From a virus (lineage: Duplodnaviria > Caudoviricetes), in the IMG/VR virus record IMGVR_UViG_3300049491_000673, positions 1-52,334 of that record: DNA of 52,334 nucleotides; one strand, 5' to 3'. The translations under genes and the position numbers were made by a program. Shown one piece after another: positions 8,717 through 19,633 of this stretch (position 1 is the first letter of the stretch; each line of letters starts with the position of its first letter). The notes beneath the pieces were generated by a model, which saw nothing but the letters and a program-made list of their open reading frames with translations, was not told where the DNA came from and searched no databases.

Positions 8717-11410
8717 ATGGTCGCTCCCCGGACTCAAGGACAGCTTCAGGCAAACGAACGGGTGCTTGCGTCCCCCTCTAGCACTCGTTCGGCCGGTGCC
8801 ACGACCGCCCCCCAGAGTGGCACCGGCAATTTTTCTTTCTCCATCGACCAGTTCACCCAGAGTCTGGATGAGCAGGCGGTGTTGACTCAACAGCGTCAGG
8901 CGGCTCAAATTGCACAGGGGAATGTGCAAGCAGGGATCATGGATCGCAGCAAGAAGTTGGCTGCGGCACAGGTTGATTCACTGGGTTTCATGCGAGATGA
9001 CTTGGCGACGGCGCAGCAGAAGGCAGCGCACGCGAGGAAGTTGGCTGACTCTATGAATCCGTTGGACACTCTGCGTCTGATGGGGCTACAGCTGATGGAC
9101 CCGAATGGCTATATTCGGGAGAATCGCGAGAAGAGACTCCAGGAAGATTCACAGCAGGTTGCCATTCAGAGTCAGATCTACGGGATCGGTCAGGAGGCAC
9201 TGAAGCAGGAGTTGCTGGCCAGTACAGCTGGAGTCGACCAAGCCACGCTGCTGGAAAACATCGGCACAGAGAAGCTCAAAAGCTTTGCGGCTAACGCTGC
9301 GCTGCTACACGAGAACATGAGCGCACTCGAAACGATGAAGCAGGATGCGATTCACACGATGACCGCGCAGGAGTTGGCGGCGGCTATCACCCAGAGCAAG
9401 GCTCCTGGGTCGAACGGCAGCGCGAACATCGCTGGAATCGATGTCGATCTTCGGACATTGGAGGAACGTAAGGCGAATCTGGATGAGCGGGACTACCAGA
9501 TGGAGTTGGGAGCTTACACTCGAATCCTTGGTCGCGCTGACATAGCGAATCTGAATACGGTGCTTGAAGGGAAGGCACTGGAGAATACGCTTCAGCAGGA
9601 TCGGAATGCGAATGCTACGACGGAACTGGCGTTGCAGCGCGGAGAGCGTGAGGCTCGAGTCGCTGCCTTGAGTGCGAAGAATCAGGAGAAGATCGTTCGC
9701 ACGTTCTCCATGAAAGAGTTGCTGGATCTTCAGGCGAATCACTACAAGGATGCGTCTGGACTCGACTACAATCCGGTGGTGGTGGATACGGAGTATGATC
9801 GTCAGAACCAAGCATTGAACAATCGAGTCCAAACTGCTGTGCGTGATCAACAGCTTGGCAGCTTCGACATGCAGGATTTGGCTGATGAAAAAGCCAGATT
9901 GTCGATTACGAAGAGTCGATTCGTTCCTGGCTCTGCTGGAGCCAAAGCAGCGGCGGAATACGAAAAGACGATTAACTTCGCTGCACTCGGCGCCGGCCCG
10001 ACCAACGATCTTGTGACTCGAGTCGTCGCCCAGACTGCATTCAGCAAGGCACAACAGGACTTCTACTCGAAGGTCGAAGCGCAAGCGAAGAAAGATGCTC
10101 CGAACGACGTGAACGAGCAGAAACTCCGCACGGCATACTATACTGGGAATCCTGTGCCCCAGGATGCTCTCAAGGATGCCGCCGCAGATCGACTCCGGAA
10201 GTTCAAGAGTCTATCGGATATTCTGCCATCCGACGTGGCGTTGAAAGTGGAGTCGAAGTACAAGGAGCTGCTCGGCGCCGCTCGGGCGAAGGCAAATGAT
10301 CCGGCGGCATACAGCAAGCCGGATGCAGTTGAGTCCAAGCTGATCGAAGAAAATGCTATTCAGCAGGCCATCGAATTCGGCGTCAATGATTCGCTGAATG
10401 GCGGTACGACGGACTTGCTCATCGGGGGCCAGGTTGGCGATCCGACTCATCCACTGTTCAAGCGGTGGAATCCAATGATGATTGTCAACGCCATGAAAAC
10501 GGCGGATGACAAGGCCAAAGGCCAGTTCATGCAGGATCATCAGTTGAGTGAAGGTGACGTGCAGAACATCATCGACGGCAAGCCTGTATCTGACAACCGT
10601 GACACGACTGGACTCAATGCAGAGTTGATCTACAAGCAGCATTCGGAGTTCCTGTTGAGTCTCGATGCCTATGAGCCAGGCATGGGGCATGAAGTTGCGA
10701 ATTGGTGGCAGAGTCAGGGAGCAGGCTATGTACAGAATCAGGCGGCAAATGCTCAAAGCGCAGCGGCGTCGTCGTTTCAGGGCGCTAACATGCTGGCGGT
10801 TTCTTCGGACGTTCAGAGTCAAGCACTTAATACATATGCTCTTGGACTCGGAGGCGCAGATGATCAGTCGAATGCTCAAAATGCGCAACGTAATGCGGAC
10901 TTCATCAACTTCGGCAATGATCCCAAGAATACTCAAATTGCGTTGCTGAGTGCCGACAAGAATCTATCGGCCGGCGAAAAGCAACAGTTGTTCACTGAAG
11001 TGATTCAGCCCCTGCTTGTCGAATCTCAGCAGAAGGGCATGGATTACGAGTCGACGAACTTGGCGATCGAGCAGAAGATCATGAACTATGAGGCTGTGAA
11101 TCCAGGTCTCAAGTCCGTGCTCAAGACTCTGCGTCGGGATCGGCCGCAGCTTGTGGAGAAGCTGAATGGTGACATGAAAACCATCAGCTTCCTCATGTAT
11201 CCGTTCGGTCCTTACATCAAGGGCAAGCTTGAGTCAGGTGCCACAGCGGTCGGATGGTACAGAGAGCTAACTGGCAAGAATCCGGCTGGCGATGCAGCCA
11301 TCCAGAAACGTGGTGTCATTCCACGTCCAAACCAAGGTCCTTTGAATCTCACAGGTGTGGTTCCTGCGGGACGGGACCTCACCATCGGTACTGACTCCGG
11401 TCGCAGGTAA
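8717..11410 (+). CDS. Internal virion / ejection protein (897 aa)
   Basis: Ala/Gln-rich, helical, no Cys; middle member of the podovirus ejection trio by synteny. Confidence 0.6.
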   Translation: MVAPRTQGQLQANERVLASPSSTRSAGATTAPQSGTGNFSFSIDQFTQSLDEQAVLTQQRQAAQIAQGNVQAGIMDRSKKLAAAQVDSLGFMRDDLATAQQKAAHARKLADSMNPLDTLRLMGLQLMDPNGYIRENREKRLQEDSQQVAIQSQIYGIGQEALKQELLASTAGVDQATLLENIGTEKLKSFAANAALLHENMSALETMKQDAIHTMTAQELAAAITQSKAPGSNGSANIAGIDVDLRTLEERKANLDERDYQMELGAYTRILGRADIANLNTVLEGKALENTLQQDRNANATTELALQRGEREARVAALSAKNQEKIVRTFSMKELLDLQANHYKDASGLDYNPVVVDTEYDRQNQALNNRVQTAVRDQQLGSFDMQDLADEKARLSITKSRFVPGSAGAKAAAEYEKTINFAALGAGPTNDLVTRVVAQTAFSKAQQDFYSKVEAQAKKDAPNDVNEQKLRTAYYTGNPVPQDALKDAAADRLRKFKSLSDILPSDVALKVESKYKELLGAARAKANDPAAYSKPDAVESKLIEENAIQQAIEFGVNDSLNGGTTDLLIGGQVGDPTHPLFKRWNPMMIVNAMKTADDKAKGQFMQDHQLSEGDVQNIIDGKPVSDNRDTTGLNAELIYKQHSEFLLSLDAYEPGMGHEVANWWQSQGAGYVQNQAANAQSAAASSFQGANMLAVSSDVQSQALNTYALGLGGADDQSNAQNAQRNADFINFGNDPKNTQIALLSADKNLSAGEKQQLFTEVIQPLLVESQQKGMDYESTNLAIEQKIMNYEAVNPGLKSVLKTLRRDRPQLVEKLNGDMKTISFLMYPFGPYIKGKLESGATAVGWYRELTGKNPAGDAAIQKRGVIPRPNQGPLNLTGVVPAGRDLTIGTDSGRR

Positions 11411-11419
11411 GGGGACGAA

Positions 11420-14400
11420 ATGCCACAGCTTGGCACATTGGCTGCCGTGCAGCAAGGTTATCTTCAGCCACGAGTCGGACCTGGGTCAGGGTACGGTACG
11501 CTTGCGCCGGAGCTGAGTGACGAGCAGAAGCAGCAGATGACTCAGAAGCTGTTTAACACCCAGTACAATGAGAACAAAGGAATCAGCTGGTACAGGGGCG
11601 TAGCGGAGACGGCCGCTGGCTCTCTGCTGAATTTCGGTGCGGATATCGTGAGTTTGACTCCAGGAGTGGACAAGACGGATGTTTGGGATTTTATCGGCGA
11701 TTATGGGCCAGTTGTTGGGTCCGAGTTACAGGACTATTACAGAAGGAACCAATCCCGAATTGACACCATATCCGGAATCGGAGGGGCAATCGGTACAGGG
11801 GTCCTGGCAGGAGAAGTGCTCTTGCCAAAGATCGCTTCGAGTCTTGCCTCGTCCACTATCATAAGTTCCAGCAGGCTGTGGCAGGCTGGAGCCAGGATCA
11901 ATGCGGCTACGCGAGCGGCTATGGAAGCTGGGAACATGGAGTCGGCATTTGCACAACAAGCTTACAGTGTGCTTAGAAGCACTAGCGGTAGGCGATTCCT
12001 CGCTGGCCAGATAGCCAAAGGTGCAGCGAAGGGGCTTGCAGAAGAAGTGGCTATTGCTGCTGTGATGCACAACAACGAAGCCATATGGTCCGACGATATG
12101 TCTACGAATCTGATGTGGGCTGGAGTTGGAGTCACTGTTGGTGGGTTGGTTGGAAGTGTCGGAGCCTTCGCTGAAATGCGTAGGTACGCGAACAGTCCTG
12201 TTATGCTACAAGCACGTGCTGCACAAGTTGACCCGCAGGGAATCACCTTCCTACGTGAGGATCAGCCAGCCATCAACATAGCTGCCCAAGTGCAGAGCAT
12301 CGTGCCGGCCAAGGAATCGGCCGTTGGCACAGCGTATGCGTTGGAGTGGAGACAGAGTGCTCCGCACAATGCCGTTCCGCAGGCACAGACTCGATTCGAA
12401 CAAGCCACTGTGAAGGCTGGTGAAGCAGTAAAACTGAGCAACGGAAAGGTGCTATCCAAAGGAGTCACTGGTGTCGGTAATACCCGAATCGCCGGAGATT
12501 CCCTGGAAGGGGAGCACATGTTCCAGGCACAGTACGAAGATCCAATGGCGAACTTCGGTCTGGATTCGGCTGGAAGGCTGCCGGATGATGACACGAAGTA
12601 TCTCGTGGCCAAGATGCCAGCGCCAGTCAGGACTACTGACAGGACGATTCTGCAAGCACGGCGGGACTTTGCTGCATTCGGCCAGAAGGCTTCTCCTCAG
12701 AATCCTTTCACAGCCGGCTTGTCCAGAGCAGAAGCACAGAAGTACGCAGATGAGTTGGATGCGCTGAAGGTTCAGAGTCAGGCTCACACGTTGGCTGCTG
12801 CAAAGCTTCAGGATGCACCGCCTCTAGAGCGACTCCTGGGTGCTCGTGATCTGGCTGTGAAGGCACTCGTTGGCTCTCACTTGGTCTCGAACATACGTGA
12901 AGGAGTCCGACTGGCTGCTCAGGATGCGAAGATTCTGGTGAGTGGCAAATGGATTAGTGCACGTCATCCGGAGGCTGTGACTCTTAGTGCCTACAAGCCC
13001 GGCAAGGTGAAGCTGAAGCAGCTGACCGCCGGCGTCCAAGCATTCCGATTCGACACACAGGGTGGCAGAACGATTCGAGTTGATGAAACGTTCCGGCCGA
13101 CCATGGGGAACCAGACACTGGCATTCTCCTCGCTGCCAATTGACGAGCGTTTGAGCGTGATTGAGGGCATGAATGCGTTCATGGACTCCATGCTTCGCTC
13201 AGGCTCTGCTCATGCTATTCAGAAGAACGCTGGCTGGTTCGAACTGGACAATGCGATTCGATTCGCAGAAAAGGGTGGCACTGTTCAGTTGCAGAACACT
13301 CCGTTCACCAGCATGGAAGAGGTGATGGTGGAGTCGCTGAAGAAAAAAGCAGCGGCTATCGGGAACAACAAGCGGTTGGATTATTGGGGCCGACTCGCTT
13401 ACAACCTTCCATTGCCCAACGCGTCAGAAAGCATCTACGATGCAGTTGGAGACTCTATGCGTGCTGTGCTCGACGCAGCCACACAGGGTGCGAATCAAGC
13501 ACAACTTGAGCAGCTTCGTGCCACGACAATGAACATCCATGGATTCAGTCTGAAGTCCGACGGCACTCCGCTCATGGGCAACATGTGGACTTTCAACAAA
13601 GGCACTACTGGAAAATCCAAAGGCAAATGGATGAATCCAGTAGTCGGCTTCTTCGACTCCGTGAACAACATGCCGACGTTTGATGCACGCGGTGTAGGTG
13701 AAATGCTGGCTGAGCAGAAGGTCCAGAGGACTCTGACTCTGGCCGACCCATCTGTGCCCGGTGGTTTCATGGCTGCACTGACACAGGTTATGCTTCGGAA
13801 TCCGGACTTCATGGCCAGCATGGAGGTGAGGGCGCTTCAGGACGATCAGATCACGGGCATCGGGAACTATGCGAGTCAGATCGCTGGCGAGTTCGTGACA
13901 CGAGAGTTCCAGGCCAGGGACAGCAAGACGATCTTGGCACTGACTCGTGTGCGCGAGATGGTCAACAGGGCCAGCAATGCACAGTTGCACGAGCTCATGA
14001 CTCAAGAGATGGGCGATGTCGTTCAGAGGCTCAGTGCGGCCCCAGCCGCTGGCAGCAAGAGCCTCGTGAATCAATTCTTCTCCAACACCAGCGGTTGGGA
14101 TTTGGAGGCGACTCCAGTTGCGACTGGAACCGGGTTCTGGGCATTTGAATTGTCAGAGACGGCGGCAAATGCAAAGCGGCTGGGCCGTTCCGTGGCTCAA
14201 GGCGAGACTCTAGTTAACATGCGCACACAGAAGGAGATCGTGCTCGATGATCTGGGACTCGAATACGCTACTCGCTTCAACGCTGTGGCCAATCGGATTC
14301 TCACTGACAAGAATAAAGTTCGTACGGCCATGGGGCTTACAGAGCTTCGAGTCAAGCCTTGGTACACTCCGCCGCCGGATACTCGGAACAAAATCGTTGC

Positions 14401-16687
14401 CTTCACGTTCGATGAGGACAATAACGTGGTTCCGGGAGGAGCGATCATTGCTTCGACTCAGGCTGAATATGATCATCAGTTCAATCTCCTATCAGCGAAT
14501 CTGCCTATGGGGCATACGATCCGTACGAAGGATCAGGTTGCGGCTGCCGGGGACCTCTACGACAGAGCCGCTATGGATTGGCTCGATCCAGGAATCACCG
14601 TGGCCCCTGCCAAGAACCAGGTCGGAGGACTATCATCGGCATCGGTGAATCCGAAAGCTATAGAAGATAGTCTGACTTGGGTGAAGTCGCAGACGGAGGC
14701 GAATGGCACTGGCTTCATGCGCGTGATGTATGATTCACAGTTGGGCATTGTGCGCGCTCGTGGTGCTGTGGAGAGGCTGGCCAGAGCTACGCCAGAGGAT
14801 TCCCCGATCAGGAATATCTTTGACGTATACGAAGCAACGGCACTGGGAAAGAGTCTCGGTTCCATGCAGCGCAGCATCAGCGGCAGCGTGATGAAGAAGC
14901 CAGAGTCTGTTATCAACGGTACGATCGCTGCTGTATGGCCTGCCATGAAGTGGATGGCTCCGAGTCAGCTGAACAACTGGGTCGGTGATTTGTACCAGCG
15001 GCTTGGCATCAGGGCACCGAAGTCTGCACGCACGTTCAACGAGCTTGTGAATCAGATTGGTACGAATACTCCGTACCAGAACGCTGTGGACTATGCCGAG
15101 CAGACTTTCAAAGTGAGTCGTCCGCCAGAAATACGTGCTATCACACAGGAGATGAGTCGATTGTCGGCGTCACTCCTGCTCCGTTGGTTTGAAATTCCAA
15201 TGGCAGCCATGAATATGGTCGGACTCATCACCACCATGCCATCTATCATTCAGTCTGGTCGAGCTCCCGTGACTTCACATTTCAATGTGGGGACTCGGAG
15301 ACTCGGAGTCGTAGACACTATGAAAATCATGATGGATGCGACCAAGGATATGGTGAGTCAGCGCAGCTTGGCTGACTGGCAAGTGATGGTCAAAAACGGA
15401 GATACGAAGCAGCAAGTGGCTGACTTCAACTCTATCATGGCGAGTCTAACGGACCGCAGCAAGACAATGCAGGTATTGCTAGGGAATCCAGCCAAAGAAG
15501 CCAAAAACATAAAGCACTGGCGCAGCATTGCTGACGGAATGAATAGTGCTAAAGCACTGGGAATCGATGGCCTCATCTCTGTGGCTACCGATACGACTGA
15601 GAACTGGTCTAGGTCTTGGTCGCACTTCGTCGGGCTTCGACTCGCTGATCTGCAGGGGATAACAGGAGTCGAAGCTCGACATTCATTTGCACGTGAAGTG
15701 GCGAATGCGGCAATAGCGAACTACAATCCTATGAATCGACCGGAGATGTATCAGTCGGCATTCGGATCGCAGTTTGGCTTGTTCATGAGTTACATGCAGA
15801 GCTACAATCAGCGACTCTTTCGGTGGATGGAAGATGGAGATTATCAGAGCATCGGCCGTCAGCTTTCGATGCAGACTACATTGTTCGGAGTGTCCTCACT
15901 GCCTGGATTCAATGTAGTGCAGGCCGCTCTTATGACAGCGGGTGTGGGCAAGACAGAGCAAGGTGATGATGCGACTCTGATTGACAACATCTATGCAAAG
16001 CTCGGTCCGGTTGTTGGCTCCGCTGTGGCTCACGGCAGCATCGCACAGCTTGGAGTCGCTCTCTATACTCGCGGTGACATGAACTACCGTGAGCCGACTC
16101 TGGACCCCACGAAGCTTATGGCCTCGTTGGGTATTGCATCGCAAGCAGCAAGCTGGGTGAAGGAGTCCTACAACACCTTGTTTGATCCGAACTCTCTGGA
16201 TGGCAACGGAAAGCTGCTGGAGGTTCTTGCCAGGAATATGCCGAATCGCGTTATGAAAGGCATGTTGAGTCAATATGCCAATGGCGGTCGGGATATAGAC
16301 GCTCGTGGCAAGATCATCTCTGAAAACAAAACTATGGCGGAGACTTGGATTCGTATGCTCGGAGTCCGTTCCACACGTCAGCAGGCAGAAGTCGAAGCGT
16401 TCTATGCGAATCAGAGCGCGATTGCCAAAGATGCAGCGAAGATGGAAGTACTTCGCGGAGAGACTCGTTCTCTGATGCGGAATGATCCAGATTGGAAGAA
16501 TCGAATCATGGATGTGTTCGATCAGTACGTCAAAACGGGTGGCCGTCCGGAGCACTTCCGGACTTGGATCAAAGATCAGATCCGTGAGTCAACCGGTACT
16601 CGTGGTGTGAATGATCTAGTGCAGGCCATGCGGAATCCGACAGGGCAGCAAGCAGTCTGGCGGTACAATGCCTATGGAGCGAACTGA
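11420..16687 (+). CDS. Large internal virion / ejection protein (1755 aa)
   Basis: Very large, Ala-rich, no Cys, with hydrophobic Gly-rich segments; last virion gene, in the position of T7 gp16-like proteins. Confidence 0.65.
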   Translation: MPQLGTLAAVQQGYLQPRVGPGSGYGTLAPELSDEQKQQMTQKLFNTQYNENKGISWYRGVAETAAGSLLNFGADIVSLTPGVDKTDVWDFIGDYGPVVGSELQDYYRRNQSRIDTISGIGGAIGTGVLAGEVLLPKIASSLASSTIISSSRLWQAGARINAATRAAMEAGNMESAFAQQAYSVLRSTSGRRFLAGQIAKGAAKGLAEEVAIAAVMHNNEAIWSDDMSTNLMWAGVGVTVGGLVGSVGAFAEMRRYANSPVMLQARAAQVDPQGITFLREDQPAINIAAQVQSIVPAKESAVGTAYALEWRQSAPHNAVPQAQTRFEQATVKAGEAVKLSNGKVLSKGVTGVGNTRIAGDSLEGEHMFQAQYEDPMANFGLDSAGRLPDDDTKYLVAKMPAPVRTTDRTILQARRDFAAFGQKASPQNPFTAGLSRAEAQKYADELDALKVQSQAHTLAAAKLQDAPPLERLLGARDLAVKALVGSHLVSNIREGVRLAAQDAKILVSGKWISARHPEAVTLSAYKPGKVKLKQLTAGVQAFRFDTQGGRTIRVDETFRPTMGNQTLAFSSLPIDERLSVIEGMNAFMDSMLRSGSAHAIQKNAGWFELDNAIRFAEKGGTVQLQNTPFTSMEEVMVESLKKKAAAIGNNKRLDYWGRLAYNLPLPNASESIYDAVGDSMRAVLDAATQGANQAQLEQLRATTMNIHGFSLKSDGTPLMGNMWTFNKGTTGKSKGKWMNPVVGFFDSVNNMPTFDARGVGEMLAEQKVQRTLTLADPSVPGGFMAALTQVMLRNPDFMASMEVRALQDDQITGIGNYASQIAGEFVTREFQARDSKTILALTRVREMVNRASNAQLHELMTQEMGDVVQRLSAAPAAGSKSLVNQFFSNTSGWDLEATPVATGTGFWAFELSETAANAKRLGRSVAQGETLVNMRTQKEIVLDDLGLEYATRFNAVANRILTDKNKVRTAMGLTELRVKPWYTPPPDTRNKIVAFTFDEDNNVVPGGAIIASTQAEYDHQFNLLSANLPMGHTIRTKDQVAAAGDLYDRAAMDWLDPGITVAPAKNQVGGLSSASVNPKAIEDSLTWVKSQTEANGTGFMRVMYDSQLGIVRARGAVERLARATPEDSPIRNIFDVYEATALGKSLGSMQRSISGSVMKKPESVINGTIAAVWPAMKWMAPSQLNNWVGDLYQRLGIRAPKSARTFNELVNQIGTNTPYQNAVDYAEQTFKVSRPPEIRAITQEMSRLSASLLLRWFEIPMAAMNMVGLITTMPSIIQSGRAPVTSHFNVGTRRLGVVDTMKIMMDATKDMVSQRSLADWQVMVKNGDTKQQVADFNSIMASLTDRSKTMQVLLGNPAKEAKNIKHWRSIADGMNSAKALGIDGLISVATDTTENWSRSWSHFVGLRLADLQGITGVEARHSFAREVANAAIANYNPMNRPEMYQSAFGSQFGLFMSYMQSYNQRLFRWMEDGDYQSIGRQLSMQTTLFGVSSLPGFNVVQAALMTAGVGKTEQGDDATLIDNIYAKLGPVVGSAVAHGSIAQLGVALYTRGDMNYREPTLDPTKLMASLGIASQAASWVKESYNTLFDPNSLDGNGKLLEVLARNMPNRVMKGMLSQYANGGRDIDARGKIISENKTMAETWIRMLGVRSTRQQAEVEAFYANQSAIAKDAAKMEVLRGETRSLMRNDPDWKNRIMDVFDQYVKTGGRPEHFRTWIKDQIRESTGTRGVNDLVQAMRNPTGQQAVWRYNAYGAN

Positions 16688-16690
16688 GTC

Positions 16691-16921
16691 ATGCCGAAGG
16701 AGCCATTTGACGTAGTTAAATGGTCCTTCATTCTTGTGGCAACAGTTGTGTTGACACAGGTGATTCTAGTCGCCGTGGCATTATTTTTCTGTTTGGTCCA
16801 ATACGGTAACGCAATTGTCGTCCAAGGCAAGTCGTGCGGTGAACCGGGCCAGTTAGCTGAAATAATGAGTGCCGCTCTGGCAGCGGCACTTGGATTCGCG
16901 GGTGGGAGACTATCTAAATAG
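16691..16921 (+). CDS. Holin-like membrane protein
   Basis: 76 aa with two hydrophobic segments and a basic C-terminus; ends the late arm and abuts the converging gene with no gap. Confidence 0.5.
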   Translation: MPKEPFDVVKWSFILVATVVLTQVILVAVALFFCLVQYGNAIVVQGKSCGEPGQLAEIMSAALAAALGFAGGRLSK

Positions 16922-18337
16922 TTAGGCACTTTTTCGGAGTCTCTCTCCCAGCTCTCTGACGTAGTTAGCCAGTTTCGAAGCTCCTACGGAACCTCCCAAC
17001 CGAATCTTATGACCTTCGGATATCAGACGGTTCATCTCGACGAGCCGTTGGAATATCTTTGACGTGTCGTCAGAGTCGAATCCTGCTCTCCCCATAATAG
17101 CATACAGAGTATTGCGGCTGTCGTTGCCTGGCATTGATTCCAGGACTTCGCGGACGATGGCATAAGCACGTCCTTCGATGCTCTTGTCGAGTCCGACATA
17201 TGCACCATCCATGTCTATTTCAGCCAGCCCCAGAATGACGTGAGCGAGAGCAACGTCCCGGCGGTTAACAACGTAGGGTGAGTCGCCACGTAGCAGGCAG
17301 ACCAAGGCTGCGATGCGTGCAAGATGATCCGACCGTCTGGAGGCATAGGCATTGAGTCGAAACTCGAGGGTCGGGACGTTCCAATTGTAGAGGTACACGT
17401 ATTCTTGTTCCGCCTCCTCGGAAAACGTGATCTCTCCGATTCCATCTGTCATCATCCGTTTAAGAGCATCGAGTAACCGTTCTTGTACAACGGCCTCTGC
17501 TGGGGATTGCTCTGGCGGGATAGGAACTGAATCGCCTTCCGCCCCTGCGTAGACAAATATGATACGGGACAGTATGCCGTGAGTGTGAGAATCTCTAGGT
17601 AGGATGCTGGCGAGATTCCCAGGAGTAGTCGCACCGAGGAGATTGATAAGTGGCGAAGGTATTCGTATGTTCCCTGATTTAGTCTGATAGAAGATAGGTT
17701 CGTTGTCGAGTCCATCAGCAAAGAAATCAAGGAGTTCACGCGTTTGCGACGTGAGGAGTCGCCCCAGCTCTTTGCTAGCAAAAAATATAGAGGATGGTCT
17801 AGTGCCGTGCCGCCCCATATGTGTGAGCACTGAGTCGAAGGAAGTAGTCCCCAGTTCGTCGAGTGATCCAGGTACCATGCTTGTTCCCGAATCATCTCCT
17901 CTGTCACGATAATCATCTTGCCACCTCGCTTGCATTGCAGTCATGATTCCATGTCGTGCTCCGCCAGTGTCCGTCGGACCGTAGTTCAGACTCAGGCTAC
18001 GGGCAAACCGCTGCATGAAATTGATGGCTGAACTTTTCCTGACCGCCGGTCGTCCTATCAGGACGATTCCAAGGTTCAGCTTCTTCCGCCCAATGATGCC
18101 GCGCGAAAGATAGCCGCTGTTGGATGCCAACGCGGCTGTTAAGGAGATCAGACTCCACAGGTGATACTGTTTCGGACTCTCTGTGTGCTCGACCAGAGCT
18201 ATGTAATCTCGGACTGCGTACAGAGAGGCGTCGAAGATATCAAGCGCCTGCGGGCTGTCCCATAGATTCGCCCACAAGAGCTCCGAACCAATGATGGCGA
18301 GCTCTTTGGTCGATCGATTCGCTATAGGGGAGTGCAT
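16922..18337 (-). CDS. DUF3987-like P-loop protein (putative replicative helicase); start uncertain
   Basis: TESPKQYHLWSLIS, GRPAVRKSSAI Walker-A variant, INLLGATTP, GILSRIIFVY; no prim-pol domain evident. Confidence 0.65.
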   Translation of the reverse strand: MHSPIANRSTKELAIIGSELLWANLWDSPQALDIFDASLYAVRDYIALVEHTESPKQYHLWSLISLTAALASNSGYLSRGIIGRKKLNLGIVLIGRPAVRKSSAINFMQRFARSLSLNYGPTDTGGARHGIMTAMQARWQDDYRDRGDDSGTSMVPGSLDELGTTSFDSVLTHMGRHGTRPSSIFFASKELGRLLTSQTRELLDFFADGLDNEPIFYQTKSGNIRIPSPLINLLGATTPGNLASILPRDSHTHGILSRIIFVYAGAEGDSVPIPPEQSPAEAVVQERLLDALKRMMTDGIGEITFSEEAEQEYVYLYNWNVPTLEFRLNAYASRRSDHLARIAALVCLLRGDSPYVVNRRDVALAHVILGLAEIDMDGAYVGLDKSIEGRAYAIVREVLESMPGNDSRNTLYAIMGRAGFDSDDTSKIFQRLVEMNRLISEGHKIRLGGSVGASKLANYVRELGERLRKSA

Positions 18338-18890
18338 TGGCCAGCCGGATCTTGAATGCTTCTAGTGCTCTGTTGGAATCATAAGCCCGAAAACCATGCG
18401 GCTCGGGACTAAGGCAGAATCTAGAATCACCCTCGAACTGCTGTCCAATGGAGATCGACGCTGGTGCAATCACGATGGTGATTGTGAGTCGCGTATTGTG
18501 GTGGAGCCATTCCTGTTCATTTGCGAATCCAAGTGTGTCGTTAATGACCACTTGATTCTCATAGTGCCATGCAGGATACATGGCTGCCATGGCTTTGCAC
18601 CAATGTAGCGGATCAATCTCCCGTGCTTCCGTCGCACGTTTGATCATCTTTTGACGGCCGGTGAGTCCGTCAGGAAATACATGGACTTTGAAATCGTCAT
18701 AGTGCCCATACCAGTCCGCATCTCGCATTGATTCGCGCTGAAGCGGATCTGCGAATCGCATGAATGACGGCCAGTCCCCGGTAACAGCAGCGATCAGCGG
18801 GGCTATCTGAATCCCTAGCCACGTCTTTCCGATTCCTATTGGACCATTGATCGCAATGACCAACGGCCCTTTCTTATTACCTGATTCCAT
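18240..18890 (-). CDS. Deoxynucleoside monophosphate kinase-like protein
   Basis: IAINGPIGIGKT P-loop, FADPL and VVINDTLGFANE motifs. Confidence 0.7.
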   Translation of the reverse strand: MESGNKKGPLVIAINGPIGIGKTWLGIQIAPLIAAVTGDWPSFMRFADPLQRESMRDADWYGHYDDFKVHVFPDGLTGRQKMIKRATEAREIDPLHWCKAMAAMYPAWHYENQVVINDTLGFANEQEWLHHNTRLTITIVIAPASISIGQQFEGDSRFCLSPEPHGFRAYDSNRALEAFKIRLANALPYSESIDQRARHHWFGALVGESMGQPAGA

Positions 18891-19000
18891 CTGAGATTCT
18901 CGCTATGTCATGACAGTCGGTGACTCGGAATGATGAGGGTCAAACCAAGCCACCGACCAGAGGGGTTGAAACTGGTTGTTCCTAGGAACCCTTGAGTCCC

Positions 19001-19228
19001 TTAGGTGACAGCAGCCTTCAACCCAACGAGCATGACATAGAGCGAGTCGCGGCAGGCCGGCGACATCTCATCGAGGAACAGGCGATGCTCAAACTGCCCG
19101 GTCTGTTCCAGCGAGATCGCATCGATCAGCGCCTGAACCTTGGCCGGATCGCCGACCGGAGTCACGAAATCGATCGGATTGGTAAGTCCCAGCGCGTTTG
19201 CGGCTAGGTATGGATTCACGGTTCCCAT
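19001..19228 (-). CDS. Hypothetical protein (75 aa)
   Basis: GAGGAG RBS; codon usage like the capsid gene; candidate promoter upstream. Confidence 0.7.
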   Translation of the reverse strand: MGTVNPYLAANALGLTNPIDFVTPVGDPAKVQALIDAISLEQTGQFEHRLFLDEMSPACRDSLYVMLVGLKAAVT

Positions 19229-19275
19229 AGTGGGTCTCCTCGGTTGGTGGAAGTGGCGGTCAACTCACTCAGGAT

Positions 19276-19304
19276 ACAATAACAGAAAATTACCCGATAG
19301 TCCA
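19276..19304 (-). promoter_or_regulatory. Candidate sigma70 promoter TGGACT-N17-TATTGT
   Basis: Near-consensus hexamers with a 17-bp spacer in the gap upstream of 19228. Confidence 0.35.
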
Positions 19305-19309
19305 GTAAG

Positions 19310-19633
19310 CTATGAAATTTTGAATAAGTTATCCACAGCTTTTTGCATGCGATTCGGATCAGGGCTATTACATCGATTCTTATTCTGGTCAGCCATAGTA
19401 ACCCAGCGTAGATTGCCTGGTTGATAACCCTTGTCATTATTGATTCGGTCCAATGTGTAGTATCGTTTACCGAAGTTAGGAAGAGTCGAAACATATTCAT
19501 AAAACTTTTTTTCGCTAACTTGCCATGGAAAGTAAACGGTGATTCCACGTCCACCGTATCGATGAAATGCTGTATGCTTATGATTAGTACAACGTTGTAT
19601 CATATTTCTCCATGTGTAATACAATGGGGTCAT
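19310..19633 (-). CDS. HNH homing endonuclease
   Basis: YYTWRNMIQRC, YGGRGITV, TLDRINNDKGYQPGNLRW..Q..NR; AT-rich; ATGA-type coupling to the polymerase gene. Confidence 0.85.
   Translation of the reverse strand: MTPLYYTWRNMIQRCTNHKHTAFHRYGGRGITVYFPWQVSEKKFYEYVSTLPNFGKRYYTLDRINNDKGYQPGNLRWVTMADQNKNRCNSPDPNRMQKAVDNLFKIS

Noticed and set aside
18900-19000. tRNA or ncRNA in the gap containing short palindromes
   Set aside because: Short stems are present (GTCGGTG/CACCGAC, GTTCCTAGGAAC) but no cloverleaf or T-loop; not enough support.
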